A stretch of DNA of 64,000 bases, taken from positions 1,793-65,792 of the forward strand of contig CAVTQH010000004.1 of the NCBI GenBank assembly GCA_963736875.1, given 5' to 3'. Source of the stretch: Candidatus Amesbacteria bacterium (GTDB lineage Bacteria; Patescibacteriota; Microgenomatia; CAZETR01; Amesbacteraceae). Of the stretch, positions 11,607 through 22,552 are shown piece after piece. Position numbers and translations under genes: made by a program. A model generated the notes under the pieces. That model ran no database searches. It saw nothing but the letters and a program-made list of their open reading frames with translations, and was not told the DNA's origin. Within the stretch, counting starts at the first letter, position 1, and each line of letters opens with the position of its first letter.

Positions 11607-12705
11607 ATGTTAATCGGAATTGACGGTAACGAAGCCAATATTACCCACCGGGTCGGGGTAAATCAGTATGCTTTCGGACTGCTGCACGCCTTAAGCTTGG
11701 TTAAATCAAACCATAAATTTATCATTTATCTAAAAGCTCCCGCCCTTCCGGACATGCCGCCGGAGGCTGCCGGCTGGCAATACCGGATCATTCCCTTCCC
11801 CAAACTTTGGACGCAGATCCGTCTGCCTTGGGATTTGTATACCCATAAACCCAGACCCGACGTCTTTTTTTCTCCTTCACATTATGCCCCCCGCTGGTCA
11901 CCCGTACCCACGGTCATTTCGATTATGGACTTGGGCTTTTTACAGTCTCCCGGACAGTTTACAGCCAAAGACTTTAATCAATTAAAAAACTGGACGGCAT
12001 ATTCAGCCGGTCATGCAGCCAAAATCATCGCCATATCCGAATATCACCAAAAAGGATGTTCTGACAACTTATCATCGACTGCCCGCGGATGTAACCGTTA
12101 CTTACCCGGGTTACGATCCGGATCTTTTCAAACCCTCACCGGACATAAAAGTTTTAAAGCGTTTGCAGATTACCCAACCATATCTCTTATTTCTGGGCAG
12201 TCTCAAGCCCAGTAAAAACGTGGAAGGTTTAATTCGGGCCTTTGACCTTTTGGAAAATAAGAGTCTGCGTCTGGTTATCGCCGGAAAAAAAGCCTGGCTG
12301 TATGACAAAATATTCTCGCTCGTTCAGAGTTTAAACCTGTCCGACCGGATAATTTTTACCGGGTTTGTCCCCGATGCGGATGTTCCGGCTCTGATGAGCC
12401 AGGCTGAGGCCTTTGTCTTACCCAGTTTCTATGAAGGTTTCGGGATCCCCGTTCTGGAAGCCATGGCCTGCGGTACCCCGGTGGTAATTTCCCGGGTAGC
12501 CAGCCTGCCTGAAGTCGCCGGACCGGCCGGCATATACGTTAATCCGGACCAGCCTGATTCGATTGCCGAAGGAATCCGGAAAGCTTTAAAAAATAAGGAT
12601 AATTTAAGAAAACTCGGCCTCAATCAGGCTAAAATGTTTCAGTTGGGAAAAGACTGCCGGGCAGACTCTCAAAGTGTTGGAGTCTGTAAAAAAAGTGTAA
12701 AATAA
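11607..12705 (+). CDS. GT4 glycosyltransferase (indels)
   Basis: MLIGIDGNEAN, SIMDL, KPSKN, PSFYEGFGIPVLEAMACG; ORFs 11607-12215 and 12013-12705. Confidence 0.9.
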
Positions 12706-12709
12706 CACT

Positions 12710-13312
12710 ATGTTTGTTGATAAGAACGGCAATAAGCTTTCTTTTTCCCAAGCCTACCCCAAAATAATCAACCGGTTTCAACAGCTACGGGCTGGATTTT
12801 GCCCTGATGTGGATTCATTTATTTAACGACAATATTCCTTCCCACGGCTTCCGCAGATGGATATTCAGACTGGCCGGAGGCAGAATCGGGTCACGGATCA
12901 GCCATTCATATGGGAGCCCGATATTTCCAGCCATCCGGAATTCAAATAGGGGAGGATACGATAATCGGATACCGCTCATTTTTAGACGGCCGTGATGCTT
13001 TGAAAATCGGAAGTCATACGGATATCGCCTCTGAAGTGATGATTTATAACTCCGAACACGATATCAATGCCGAAGATTTTCATGCCACCACCGCTCCGGT
13101 TGAAATCGGGGACTACGTTTTTGTCGGCCCCCGGTCCATTATTCTTCCGGGAGTAAAAGTGGGTAATGGAGCCATAATTGCAGCCGGTGCGGTAGTTACA
13201 AAAAACGTGCCCGAATATACCATAGTCGGCGGAATTCCGGCCGTCTCCCATCGGTTTGCGGAAACGCACGGATCTCCACTATCATTTGGGCCGGGCCAGG
13301 CTTTTCCAGTAA
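12710..13312 (+). CDS. Hexapeptide-repeat (LbH) sugar O-acyltransferase (indels)
   Basis: [48 protein letters not shown]...GGIPA. Confidence 0.85.
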
Positions 13313-13315
13313 AAA

Positions 13316-13820
13316 ATGAGACAGGTATTTAATATTCTCCTTTCATTTCTGCTGCTATTTACTATTTACTATTTATTGCTGCCTGCCCCCAACTTTCCCG
13401 CACCCCCGCCCGGATCCCTCAGATCAAATGAACCCGGGGACATGGAAAGCACCTATAGAAGGGCATATTTCACCAACTATTCCCGAAGCGATATTCTTAA
13501 ATATTACTCTCAGACTTTTAATTTAAAGATTCCGTTTCAGATCCTGCAAAATCACCCGCCGGAAGAAGCTCGCAAACGTGATCCGGGATCAGACAAAATC
13601 TTCCTGGCTTCAGGAACTGGTCCACCCCTGGCGGGAATCGCTTCTTATTAACGGCTTTTACCCCACCAAACCCACAGAACAGATAAATATCAACGGTGTC
13701 CACTACATCAGTAAAATTACTCTGCGCTATATCCCGTCCGCTCCGGTTACCAGCCTGACCGTATTGCTTTTAACATCGGTTTGCTGTTATTGGCTTTATA
13801 AAGAATATGCAAAAGTATAG
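13316..13820 (+). CDS. Hypothetical membrane-anchored protein (indel)
   Basis: N- and C-terminal hydrophobic segments; ORFs 13316-13651 and 13578-13820; coupled to neighbouring genes. Confidence 0.6.
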
Positions 13821-15110
13821 TTATCTTCTGCTTGCCCTGATCATAATTTTAATTCCCCTGTATCCTAAATTTCCCCTGTTCGGTGTAACCGGAACTTTTG
13901 TCTCCGTCCGCCTTGAAGACATCGTCATAGCGGTACTTTTGGGCATCTACGGAATCAGTCTGTTAATTGCGTGTTTCCGGCCGCTGGGAAAACCTATTCC
14001 CCGGGCAATCATTCTTTACTGGTGTGTCGGTTTGGTGGCAGTCTTCTCGGGAATCTTTCTCACCAAAACCGCAACCATAAATCTGGGACTTCTGCATTTA
14101 TTCCGGCGCGTGGAATATATGTCTCTGTTTCTGATCGCCTTGATTGGCTGCAAAATCGGGCTCAATTGTCATTTTTAATAAAAACTCTGATTTTGGTTTC
14201 TTTTCTTGTAGCTATCTATGGCCTGGGCCAGCAATTTCTGCATTTTCCGGTGATTTCCACCACCAACAGCGAATATTCCAAAGGTTTGGCATTGGGTCTT
14301 GGTCCCGGAGCCCGGATAAACTCCACTTTCGGAGGCTCCTACGATCTGGCGGCTTTCTGCGTTTTCCCTCTGCTTTTATTAATCGCTCTTATTCCGGTGT
14401 CTGCCAAACGCTGGGTGCTGGTTGTAATCGGCGGGCTGGTTTACTGGGCAATGCTGTTATCGGCTTCCAGGGTTACTTTCGTCAGCTTTTTTATCAGCGC
14501 ATCACTTCTTCTGGTTTTGATCCGCAAAAAAATCTGGATCGCCCCCCTGGTGGTGGTATCAATTATCGGGGTATTGGTTTCACCCCAGCTTAAAGGCCGG
14601 TATCTGGAATTTATCACCAATCATCTGCGGATTTCTTATGTTTCTTCAGTTCATGCCCAAACAGCCACTGCCGAGAGCAAGGCGGTGGATGTGGTTCCCG
14701 ACGCTTTAAAACCTCCTCCCGTACCGGAAGACCGCTCGTTTAATATCAGGCTTCAGGTTGAATGGCCCAAAGCTGTCAGATCTTTTGTCAAAAATCCGCT
14801 TCTGGGAACGGGATTTTCCTCGGTCGGACTGGCCGTGGACAATGAATATTTACGCATCCTTGCCGAAACCGGGTTATTGGGATTTCTGGCTTTTGTCCTG
14901 ATTTTCATCCGTTTTTTCAAAACATCCCTTCCCACAGTCCTGCATTACACCCCTTCGATGGAATCGGCTTTTATTACAGCTGCCACCTGCGCAGTTTTCA
15001 GTTTGCTGGTTAGTTCGGTCTTTATTGATTATTTCACCGCCTCAAAAATTGCCCTGACTGCCTGGACACTAATCGGTTTGGCTGAAAAAGCCAAAACTTT
15101 TCAAACATGA
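13807..15110 (+). CDS. O-antigen ligase/Wzy_C-family membrane protein (indel)
   Basis: RINSTFG, LSASR, DRSFNIR..W...F.KNPLLGTG, DNEYLRILAETGLLG. Confidence 0.8.
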
Positions 15111-16529
15111 ATAAATTAATAAATAAATTTCAATATCTGTTACTGTTCATATTGCTGATCGCAGGTTTTTGGGTCAGACTTTACCGGATTGACTATCCGC
15201 TGGCCGATTGGCATTCCTGGCGTCAGGCTGATACCAGCGCTGTAACCAGAAATTTTGTCAAACTCGGGGTGGATATTATGCATCCGAAATATGATGATTT
15301 CTCCGATGTTTCCGGAAAAGGTTTGTTAAATCCGGACGGCTTCCGGTTTGTGGAGTTCCCGATATACAACCTGATTCATTACTTTTTGTTTTCCTTATCC
15401 CGGCCTTTCGGTTCCCTCGAAGTCTGGGGTAGAATCACCACAATTTTTGCGGGACTGACATCTTCCGTGCTGCTGTATTTTATCGTCCGCCGCCGCACAA
15501 ATCCCCTGACCGGACTTCTGACTTCTTTTTTCTATTTATTCCTGCCTTTTAATATTTACTTTACCAGGGTGATCCTGCCCGATCCGCTGATGGTTACCCT
15601 GTATCTGGCTACTCTGAATTGTTTTGATGTCTGGACCAAAAATCAGAAATCCGCCTTTTTTATTCTTACGTCTTTATTCGGAGCCCTGGCGGTTCTGGTC
15701 AAACCCGCGGCTGTTTTTTTCCTGCTGCCGATCACCTGGTGGTTTTGGAAAAAATACGGATTAAAAATAATCAAAATGCCCCGGTTTCTGATTCTCCATT
15801 TGGCATTTGTAATTCCCTTCTCCGCCTGGAGATGGTGGTCATACCAATTTCCCCAGGGAATCCCCGCCAGCACCTGGTTATTTAACGGGGACCATATCCG
15901 TTTCAAACCCGCGTTCTGGCGCTGGCTTTTCGGGGAGCGGATCGGCAAGCTGATTCTGGGAGTGTGGGGATTGTTACCGCTGACAGCGGGACTGACCGGG
16001 ACTTCCCACTTTCTTCCCTGGGTGGGCAGTGCCTTGCTCTATCTATCCGTTTTTGCCACGGGTAACGTCCGGCACGATTACTACCAGATTCCCATTATTC
16101 CGGTAATCTGTATTCTGCTGGCCATCGGTACGGTTCATCTTCTCGGGCAGAAACTGATCAGCCGGGTACTGACGGTTTTTTGTATCGTCATGATGCTGGG
16201 AATGTCCTGGTATGACATCCGGGGGAATTTCAACGTCAATAATTGGGAAATGATCGAGGCGGGTAAGCGGGTGGACGAGATTACCCCCAAAGACGCCATA
16301 GTGGCGGCCCCTCTTAAACGGTGATACCGCATTTTTATATCAGACCAACCGCCGGGGATTTTCATATATCCCTTTTCCGATCAAAGATCTGATCGACCGT
16401 TATCACGTCACTTATTATGTTTCGGTTAATTACGACGATCAGACAAACGCCATTATGAAAAAATATACCGTGGTCGAACAAAATCCCAAGTTTGTCATCG
16501 TCAAACTGGTAGAACCCAAAAAGTTATGA
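15107..16529 (+). CDS. GT-C glycosyltransferase (ArnT/PMT-like; 3' indel)
   Basis: RLYRIDYPLADWHSWRQADT, EFPIY, IYFTRVILPDP, LVKP; many TM segments. Confidence 0.8.
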
Positions 16530-17716
16530 AAATATTGATGCTCACTCCGTACCTGCCTTATCCGCTGCATTCCGGCGGGCAGACCCGCTCATATAATCTG
16601 ATCAAAAATCTGGCGAGAAACAATGAAATAACCCTATTTTCTTTTATTCGCCGTGAAGAGGAAAAAAAATATATTCCGGAGTTAAAAAAGTTTTGTCAAA
16701 GAGTCGAAGTCTTTAACCGCCGCCCGGCCTGGTCACCGATAAACATTTTACTTTCCGGTCTCACTTTTTATCCTTTTCTGGTTTGTATTTATCTCTCGAA
16801 AGATTTCCAGCAGGCAATCAAGCAGGCTCTTGAGACCGGAAAATTCGATCTGATCCATGCCGAAACTTTTTATGTCATGCCCAACATTCCCAAAACCAGA
16901 ACACCCACTATCCTGGTAGAGCAGACCATCGAATACATGGTTTATAAGCATTTTGTTGACGAATTCAAATTCAAAATTCTTACACCCCTGCTTTTATTTG
17001 ATGTTTTTAAAATTCGCTTCTGGGAGGCTTATTTTTGGGAGAAAGCCACTCGGGTGATTGCTGTTTCGGAATCCGATCTCAAGGAAATGCACAAACTGAA
17101 ACCGAAATTAAATATCGGAGTGGTTCCCAACGGTGTGGATTCCGACTGGTTTATTCAGGGAAATTTCGCCAAACCCCACCCGCCTACGGTACTGTATGTG
17201 GGAAATTTTAAATGGCTGCAAAATGTGGAAGCGGTTGAAATATTAATCAATCGTGTCTGGCCGATTATCAAATCCAAAAATCCGAAGGCTGTACTGCGGA
17301 TTGTCGGCAGGGGAATGGACAACCGGATTCACCACCTGAGAAATGATTCGATTGAGATAGATGAGACGGTTGATGATATCCGTCAGGCTTATCAAAACGC
17401 CAATCTGATTGTTACTCCGATTGAAGGACCGGGCGGTACCAGATTAAAAATATTAGAAGCTATGGCCTCCAGGGTACCTGTTGTGTCTACCAGTGTCGGT
17501 GTCGAAGGTTTGAAAGTGTCCAATGCCCGCGAAGTCTATATCAGCGACGATTATGAAAAAATGGGGGAAATTGCAGCCGGACTTTTAAAAAATCCCGGCA
17601 AAACCAGACAAGTCGCCGTCAGAGCTAATCAGTATGTGCTCTCAAATTACAGCTGGAAAGCCATTTCCGGACAGCTGGAAAAAATATATGAACAAGCCAA
17701 AAACCAAAACACCTGA
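16526..17716 (+). CDS. GT4 glycosyltransferase
   Basis: MKILMLTPYLPYP.HSGG, VPNGVD, GTRLKILEAMASRVPVVST. Confidence 0.9.
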   Translation: MKILMLTPYLPYPLHSGGQTRSYNLIKNLARNNEITLFSFIRREEEKKYIPELKKFCQRVEVFNRRPAWSPINILLSGLTFYPFLVCIYLSKDFQQAIKQALETGKFDLIHAETFYVMPNIPKTRTPTILVEQTIEYMVYKHFVDEFKFKILTPLLLFDVFKIRFWEAYFWEKATRVIAVSESDLKEMHKLKPKLNIGVVPNGVDSDWFIQGNFAKPHPPTVLYVGNFKWLQNVEAVEILINRVWPIIKSKNPKAVLRIVGRGMDNRIHHLRNDSIEIDETVDDIRQAYQNANLIVTPIEGPGGTRLKILEAMASRVPVVSTSVGVEGLKVSNAREVYISDDYEKMGEIAAGLLKNPGKTRQVAVRANQYVLSNYSWKAISGQLEKIYEQAKNQNT

Positions 17717-18596
17717 CCTGACTATCGTCATCCTAAGTTATAACGTCAGCCGGCTGCTTGAAAACTGTCTGGAGTCAATTTTTAAGGCCAAAACCAACAC
17801 CGATAATTGGCAGGTGGTGGTAGTTGATAATGCTTCAACGGATGATTCGGTCGCAATGGTTAGAAAAAACTTCCCGCAGGTCAGAATAATTGCCAATAAG
17901 AACAATCTTGGCTTTTCCGCCGGAAACAACGTGGCTTTAAAACAGGTAAAGACCGAATATTGTCTGCTTTTAAATCCCGATACGGAATTGTTCATCCCCA
18001 AACAATTCAGACAGTTTTGAAATATCTGGTGTCTCATCCCGATGTCGGGCGCCGCTACCTGCCGGGTGGAACTGCCGGACGGATCGCTGGATTATTCCTG
18101 TCACCGCCGGTTTCCAGATCCCTGGAATTCCTTTGTCTACTTTTTTACCGCTTTTGGTAAAAAATCCTCTTATGCCAATACTTCGGTATCTTCTCAAATT
18201 CACGAAATTGATGCTCTGACAGGGGCTTTTGCCATGATTAGGACAAATGTCGGTAAAAAACTTAACTGGCTGGATGAAGACTACTACTGGAACGGGGAAG
18301 ATCTGGATTTCTGCTACCGCCTGAAAAAGCTGGGTTTTAAGGTGATTTTTATTCCGGATGTAAAAATCACCCATTTCAAAGGTTCATCTTCCGGAATCTG
18401 GAACACCGGGAAATATCAAATTAGCACCGCTTCCAAAATCAGATCGGTAAATTCCGGAATCGATGCCATGCGGATTTTTTATGATAAGCATTTAGCAGCC
18501 AATTACCCTGCTTTTTTTAACCGGTTTATTTACCTGGGAATGTTTATTCTCAAGTCCTGGCGAATTGCAAAAATTTATTTAACCGGTGCGAAATGA
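17688..18596 (+). CDS. GT2 glycosyltransferase (WbbL/rhamnosyltransferase-like; indels)
   Basis: LTIVILSYN, VVDNASTD, NLGFSAGNN, LLNPD, GEDLDFCYR. Confidence 0.85.
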
Positions 18597-19693
18597 AAAC
18601 CATTTGTATTGATGCCAGGTTATACGGGGTTGCCCATACCGGTATCGGCAGGTATGTCGAGAATCTGATCAGATATCTTCCTCGGTGATAAAAATACCCG
18701 GGTGGTGCTTAATCGTTTCACCCGAAAACCTGAACAATCCGGATATCGCACAATATCCCAGGTTTGCCGCCCGCTTTCATCCGTATTCACCCTGGGCTCA
18801 ATTTGAGATGTTGGGTCTCTGGCAAAAAATCCGTCCCGACTTGCTTCACGTTCCGCATTTCAGCATTCCGGTGCTTTGGCCGGGAAAAATTGTTATCACC
18901 ATCCACGATTTGATTAAACACTATTCCAAAGGAAGTGATACCACCACCCAAAACCCCGCCTTTTACTGGCTGAAATATTTGGGTTATTTGGCTGTTGTAA
19001 AAATTGCCGTGATTCGTGCCCGCCGGATAATCGTTCCGGCAAATTACTGGAAGCAGGAGTTGGTCCGACTTTATAAAATCCCGTCCGATCGGATTCAGGT
19101 TACTTATGAAGGCGTGGATTCCGGACTGAAAGCTTCTCCTCCGGACGAAAATTTTAATATTCAGAAACCTTTTGTTGTCTATACCGGAAATGTCTATCCC
19201 CACAAAAATATTCCGGTTCTGATTTCCGCCGTCAAGCTTTTAAACGGCCGGGTCAGGCTGGCTATAGTTTGCGCCCGGTCAATTTTTACCGCGCGTATCC
19301 AAAAAGTGATTGCCGATGCCGATGCCGGCCATCTGGTGACTTTTTTGGGCCGCCTCAAAGACTCTCAAATCGTCAGCTTATATTCGCAGGCTCTGGCATT
19401 CGTATTTCCGTCTCTGATAGAGGGTTTCGGCTTAACAGGTCTTGAGGCGATGGCATTAGGGCTACCCGTGATTGCTGCGAAATCCTCGTGCCTGCCCGAG
19501 ATTTATCAGGATGCCGCAATCTATTTTGATCCGCATAGTCCCGATGATCTGGCCAAAAAAATATCCCAATTGCTGGATAATCCGGCACTGCGGCAAAAAA
19601 CTTATTGAACGGGGTCTTGGGCAGGCAAAAAAGTATTCCTGGGCTAAAATGAGTAAACAAACATGGGAAATCTACCGTCACGCATTGCACTAG
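18593..19693 (+). CDS. GT4 glycosyltransferase (indels)
   Basis: MKTICIDAR...GIGRY, TIHDLI, YPHKN, FPSLIEGFGL.GLEAM. Confidence 0.85.
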
Positions 19694-20815
19694 TTTATGA
19701 CCGGGTAAACAAATGGGGCGGAGCCGAGCGGGTGCTTCTCGCTTTGCATGAACTTTTTCCCCAGGCTCCGCTTTACACTTCAGTTTATGATCCTGACAAA
19801 GCTCCGTGGGCCAAGATTTTCCCCCGGGTGATCCCCAGTTTTCTTAATCGGATTCCTTTTGCCGGAAACCATCACGAACTGATCCCGTTTCTGACCCCGC
19901 TGGCTTTTGAAACTTTCGATTTCTCAAAGTTCGACGCCGTTATTTCCGTGACCAGCGCTGATGCCAAGGGGATTGTCACCCGGCCGGGTACTTTCCATTT
20001 TTGCTATTGTCTGACCCCCACCAGGTATCTTTGGAGTCATTACCCCGATTACTACCGTCAGATACCGGATTTATTAAAACCCTTTTCGCTTCCCTGGTTT
20101 AAATATTTAAAAAGCTGGGATTTGATTTCGTCCAGCCCGTCCTGATGTCTACGCTGCAATTTCCCGAACTGTACAGGAGAGGATCAAAAAGTATTACGGC
20201 CGGGAAAGCGACCTGATATATCCGCCCGTTAATACCGGATATTTTTCAGATACTGCCGGAGAAAAACCGCCCGGCACTCCGGACAAGTTCTTTCTTTATG
20301 TCGGCCGGCTGGTGTCATATAAAAATCCGGAATTGGTTATCTCGGCTTTTAATAAACTGAAAATTCCTTTGGTGGTGGTAGGCAAGGGCAGTGTTAATTG
20401 GGGAAATCCGCTGCTGTCTTTAAAAACCAAAACCCGGATTGGCTCAAATATCACTTTATTTGATTGGGTCAGTGATTCCCAAATGGCGTATTTGCTGCAC
20501 CACTGTCAGGCTCTTGTATATTTTAATGAAGAGGATTTCGGGATAGTCCCGGTCGAAGCCATGGCCTGCGGCAAACCGGTAATCGGAATAAATCGCGGGG
20601 GAGTAGCCGAAACGGTAATTGACGGGAAAACCGGCCTGCTCGCTGATTCGGATACCGAAGAAGCTCTGATTTCACTGATCAGAAATTTTGATCCGGCAAA
20701 ATTTGATCCCGGATTTATCAAAAAACAGGCCGCCAGGTTTTCGAAAGAGCGTTTCTTACAAAGATTTGCTAAAGTATTTACAGACCGGTGGACAAAATAC
20801 CAAAATAGTATTTAA
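19663..20815 (+). CDS. GT4 glycosyltransferase (WbaZ-like mannosyltransferase; indel)
   Basis: IALVYD...GGAERVL, YCLTPTRYLW, EEDFGIVPVEAMACGKPV. Confidence 0.85.
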
Positions 20816-20821
20816 GAGTAT

Positions 20822-21875
20822 ATGAAATTTGTCATCATTTGCGGGGGTGTGGGGACAAAAATGTGGCCGGAAAGCCGGATCAAAAGCCCCAAGCATTTTC
20901 TGCCCTTAATAGGGGAGAAATCACTGTTTCAGGCCAACTGGGAAGTCCTGGCAAACAATTTTCCTCCGGAGGACATTTTTCTTCAGACCAATTCCCTGCA
21001 GGCGGAAATTGCCAAAATTCAGGCGGAAGGAATTATTGAACAAAACATTTTCATCGAACCCGAAATGCGGGACCAGGGACCGGCAACCGTATTTGCCGCC
21101 GCCATGCTTTATAAAAGAGGTTTCGCCGATGAGCCCTTTATGCTGGTACAGAGCCGATCTTTTAAGGCTTCCCGAGGAAGGCTTTATCAAAATGATCAGG
21201 CGGTTTGAGGAATTGGCCAAAAGTGAAGGCAAGCTGATGACCGGCTGCTACCGCCCCGAATTTACTATCAAAGGTGTGGATTATCTGATAACCGGAGACA
21301 AAGTATCCGATGCCGGAAATATAACTGTCTGGACGATGAAAGAATGGCTGGGCAGGGAGGAAATGGATAAAATTGAAGGTTACCTCAAAGAGGGCAAGGC
21401 TTTAAACCATTTCAACCATCTTTGCTGGACACCCAACAAATGGATGGCGGCCTTAAAAGCCATGAAACCCGAATGGTATGAACCCCTGACAAACATCATC
21501 AACGGGGCGGATGTGGCCACCGAGTATGCCAAAATGCCCAAAGGACCGATTGAGGAAATCACCAAAACTCTCTTAAAAGAGGGGTATATTATCGAACTGC
21601 CGTTTAAATGTGTGGACTTCGGAACCTGGGAAAGTCTGGACAAGTTTTATTCCGAAAATAAGAACGGATCCACTGACGAAAAAATCATGGCTATTGAATC
21701 CTCCGGAAACCTGGTCCGCAAACCGGCAGACAAAGTATTGGCTTTAATCGGCATCAAAGACACGGTTGTCATCGATACCGGTGATGCCCTTCTGATTTGC
21801 CCTAAAAAACTATCCGGAAATGTCAAAGAGATAACCACGATGCTTAAAGATAAAAATTTGACCGATTATTTATAA
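20822..21875 (+). CDS. manC: Mannose-1-phosphate guanylyltransferase-like nucleotidyltransferase (indel)
   Basis: IICGGVGTKMWP.S...PKHF, IEPEMRD.GPA, DFGTWESL, C-terminal LIGIKD.VVIDTGDALLI. Confidence 0.75.
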
Positions 21876-21893
21876 ATCAGGTACAATCACTGC

Positions 21894-22544
21894 ATGCTGG
21901 ATTATCCCTTGATAAAGAGATTTCTGGATATCATCCTGGGTTCGGTCTTATTTCTGGTATTTTTCCCGATCGGAGTGATGGTCGCTATTGCCATTAAGTT
22001 TGAGTCTCCTGACGGGCCGGTATTCGTCGAATGGTCGGACAGGGTGGGTCAGGGCGGACGCATATTCCGCCTTTTAAAATTCCGTTCGATGATTCCCAAC
22101 GCCAGATATCTGCAGTTTCACGACCCGAAATATAAAAAATATTTAAAAGAATTCAAAAAAAACAGCTACAAATTAACCAATGACCCGCTGCGCACCCGGG
22201 TCGGCCGGTTCATCTGTAAATATTCTCTGGACGAAACTCCGCAATTTTTAAATGTATTAAAAGGTGATATGAGCCTGGTAGGTCCGAGACCTTATTATCC
22301 CGATGAATTAAGCGAACAGCGGCGCAAATATCCCAAATCCGAAAAATTAATCAGGACAGCCCTGACGGTCAAACCCGGGATCACCGGGCAGTGGCAGGTT
22401 TCCGGCAGAAGCGAGATCAATTTTGATAAAAGAATTGAAATGGATGCACACTATGCCACCCGCCTTTCCCTGTGGTATGATCTAAAAATTCTTAGTAAAA
22501 CTCCATACGTCATGCTTTGCGGAAAGGGCAGCGGAGTAAATTAA
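21894..22544 (+). CDS. Priming polyprenyl-phosphate sugar phosphotransferase (Bac_transf, WbaP/PglC-like)
   Basis: KRFLDI, KFRSM, DP.RTRVG, SLDETPQF.NVLKGDMSLVGPRP, KPGITG.WQVSGRS. Confidence 0.92.
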   Translation: MLDYPLIKRFLDIILGSVLFLVFFPIGVMVAIAIKFESPDGPVFVEWSDRVGQGGRIFRLLKFRSMIPNARYLQFHDPKYKKYLKEFKKNSYKLTNDPLRTRVGRFICKYSLDETPQFLNVLKGDMSLVGPRPYYPDELSEQRRKYPKSEKLIRTALTVKPGITGQWQVSGRSEINFDKRIEMDAHYATRLSLWYDLKILSKTPYVMLCGKGSGVN

Positions 22545-22552
22545 TAATTTGT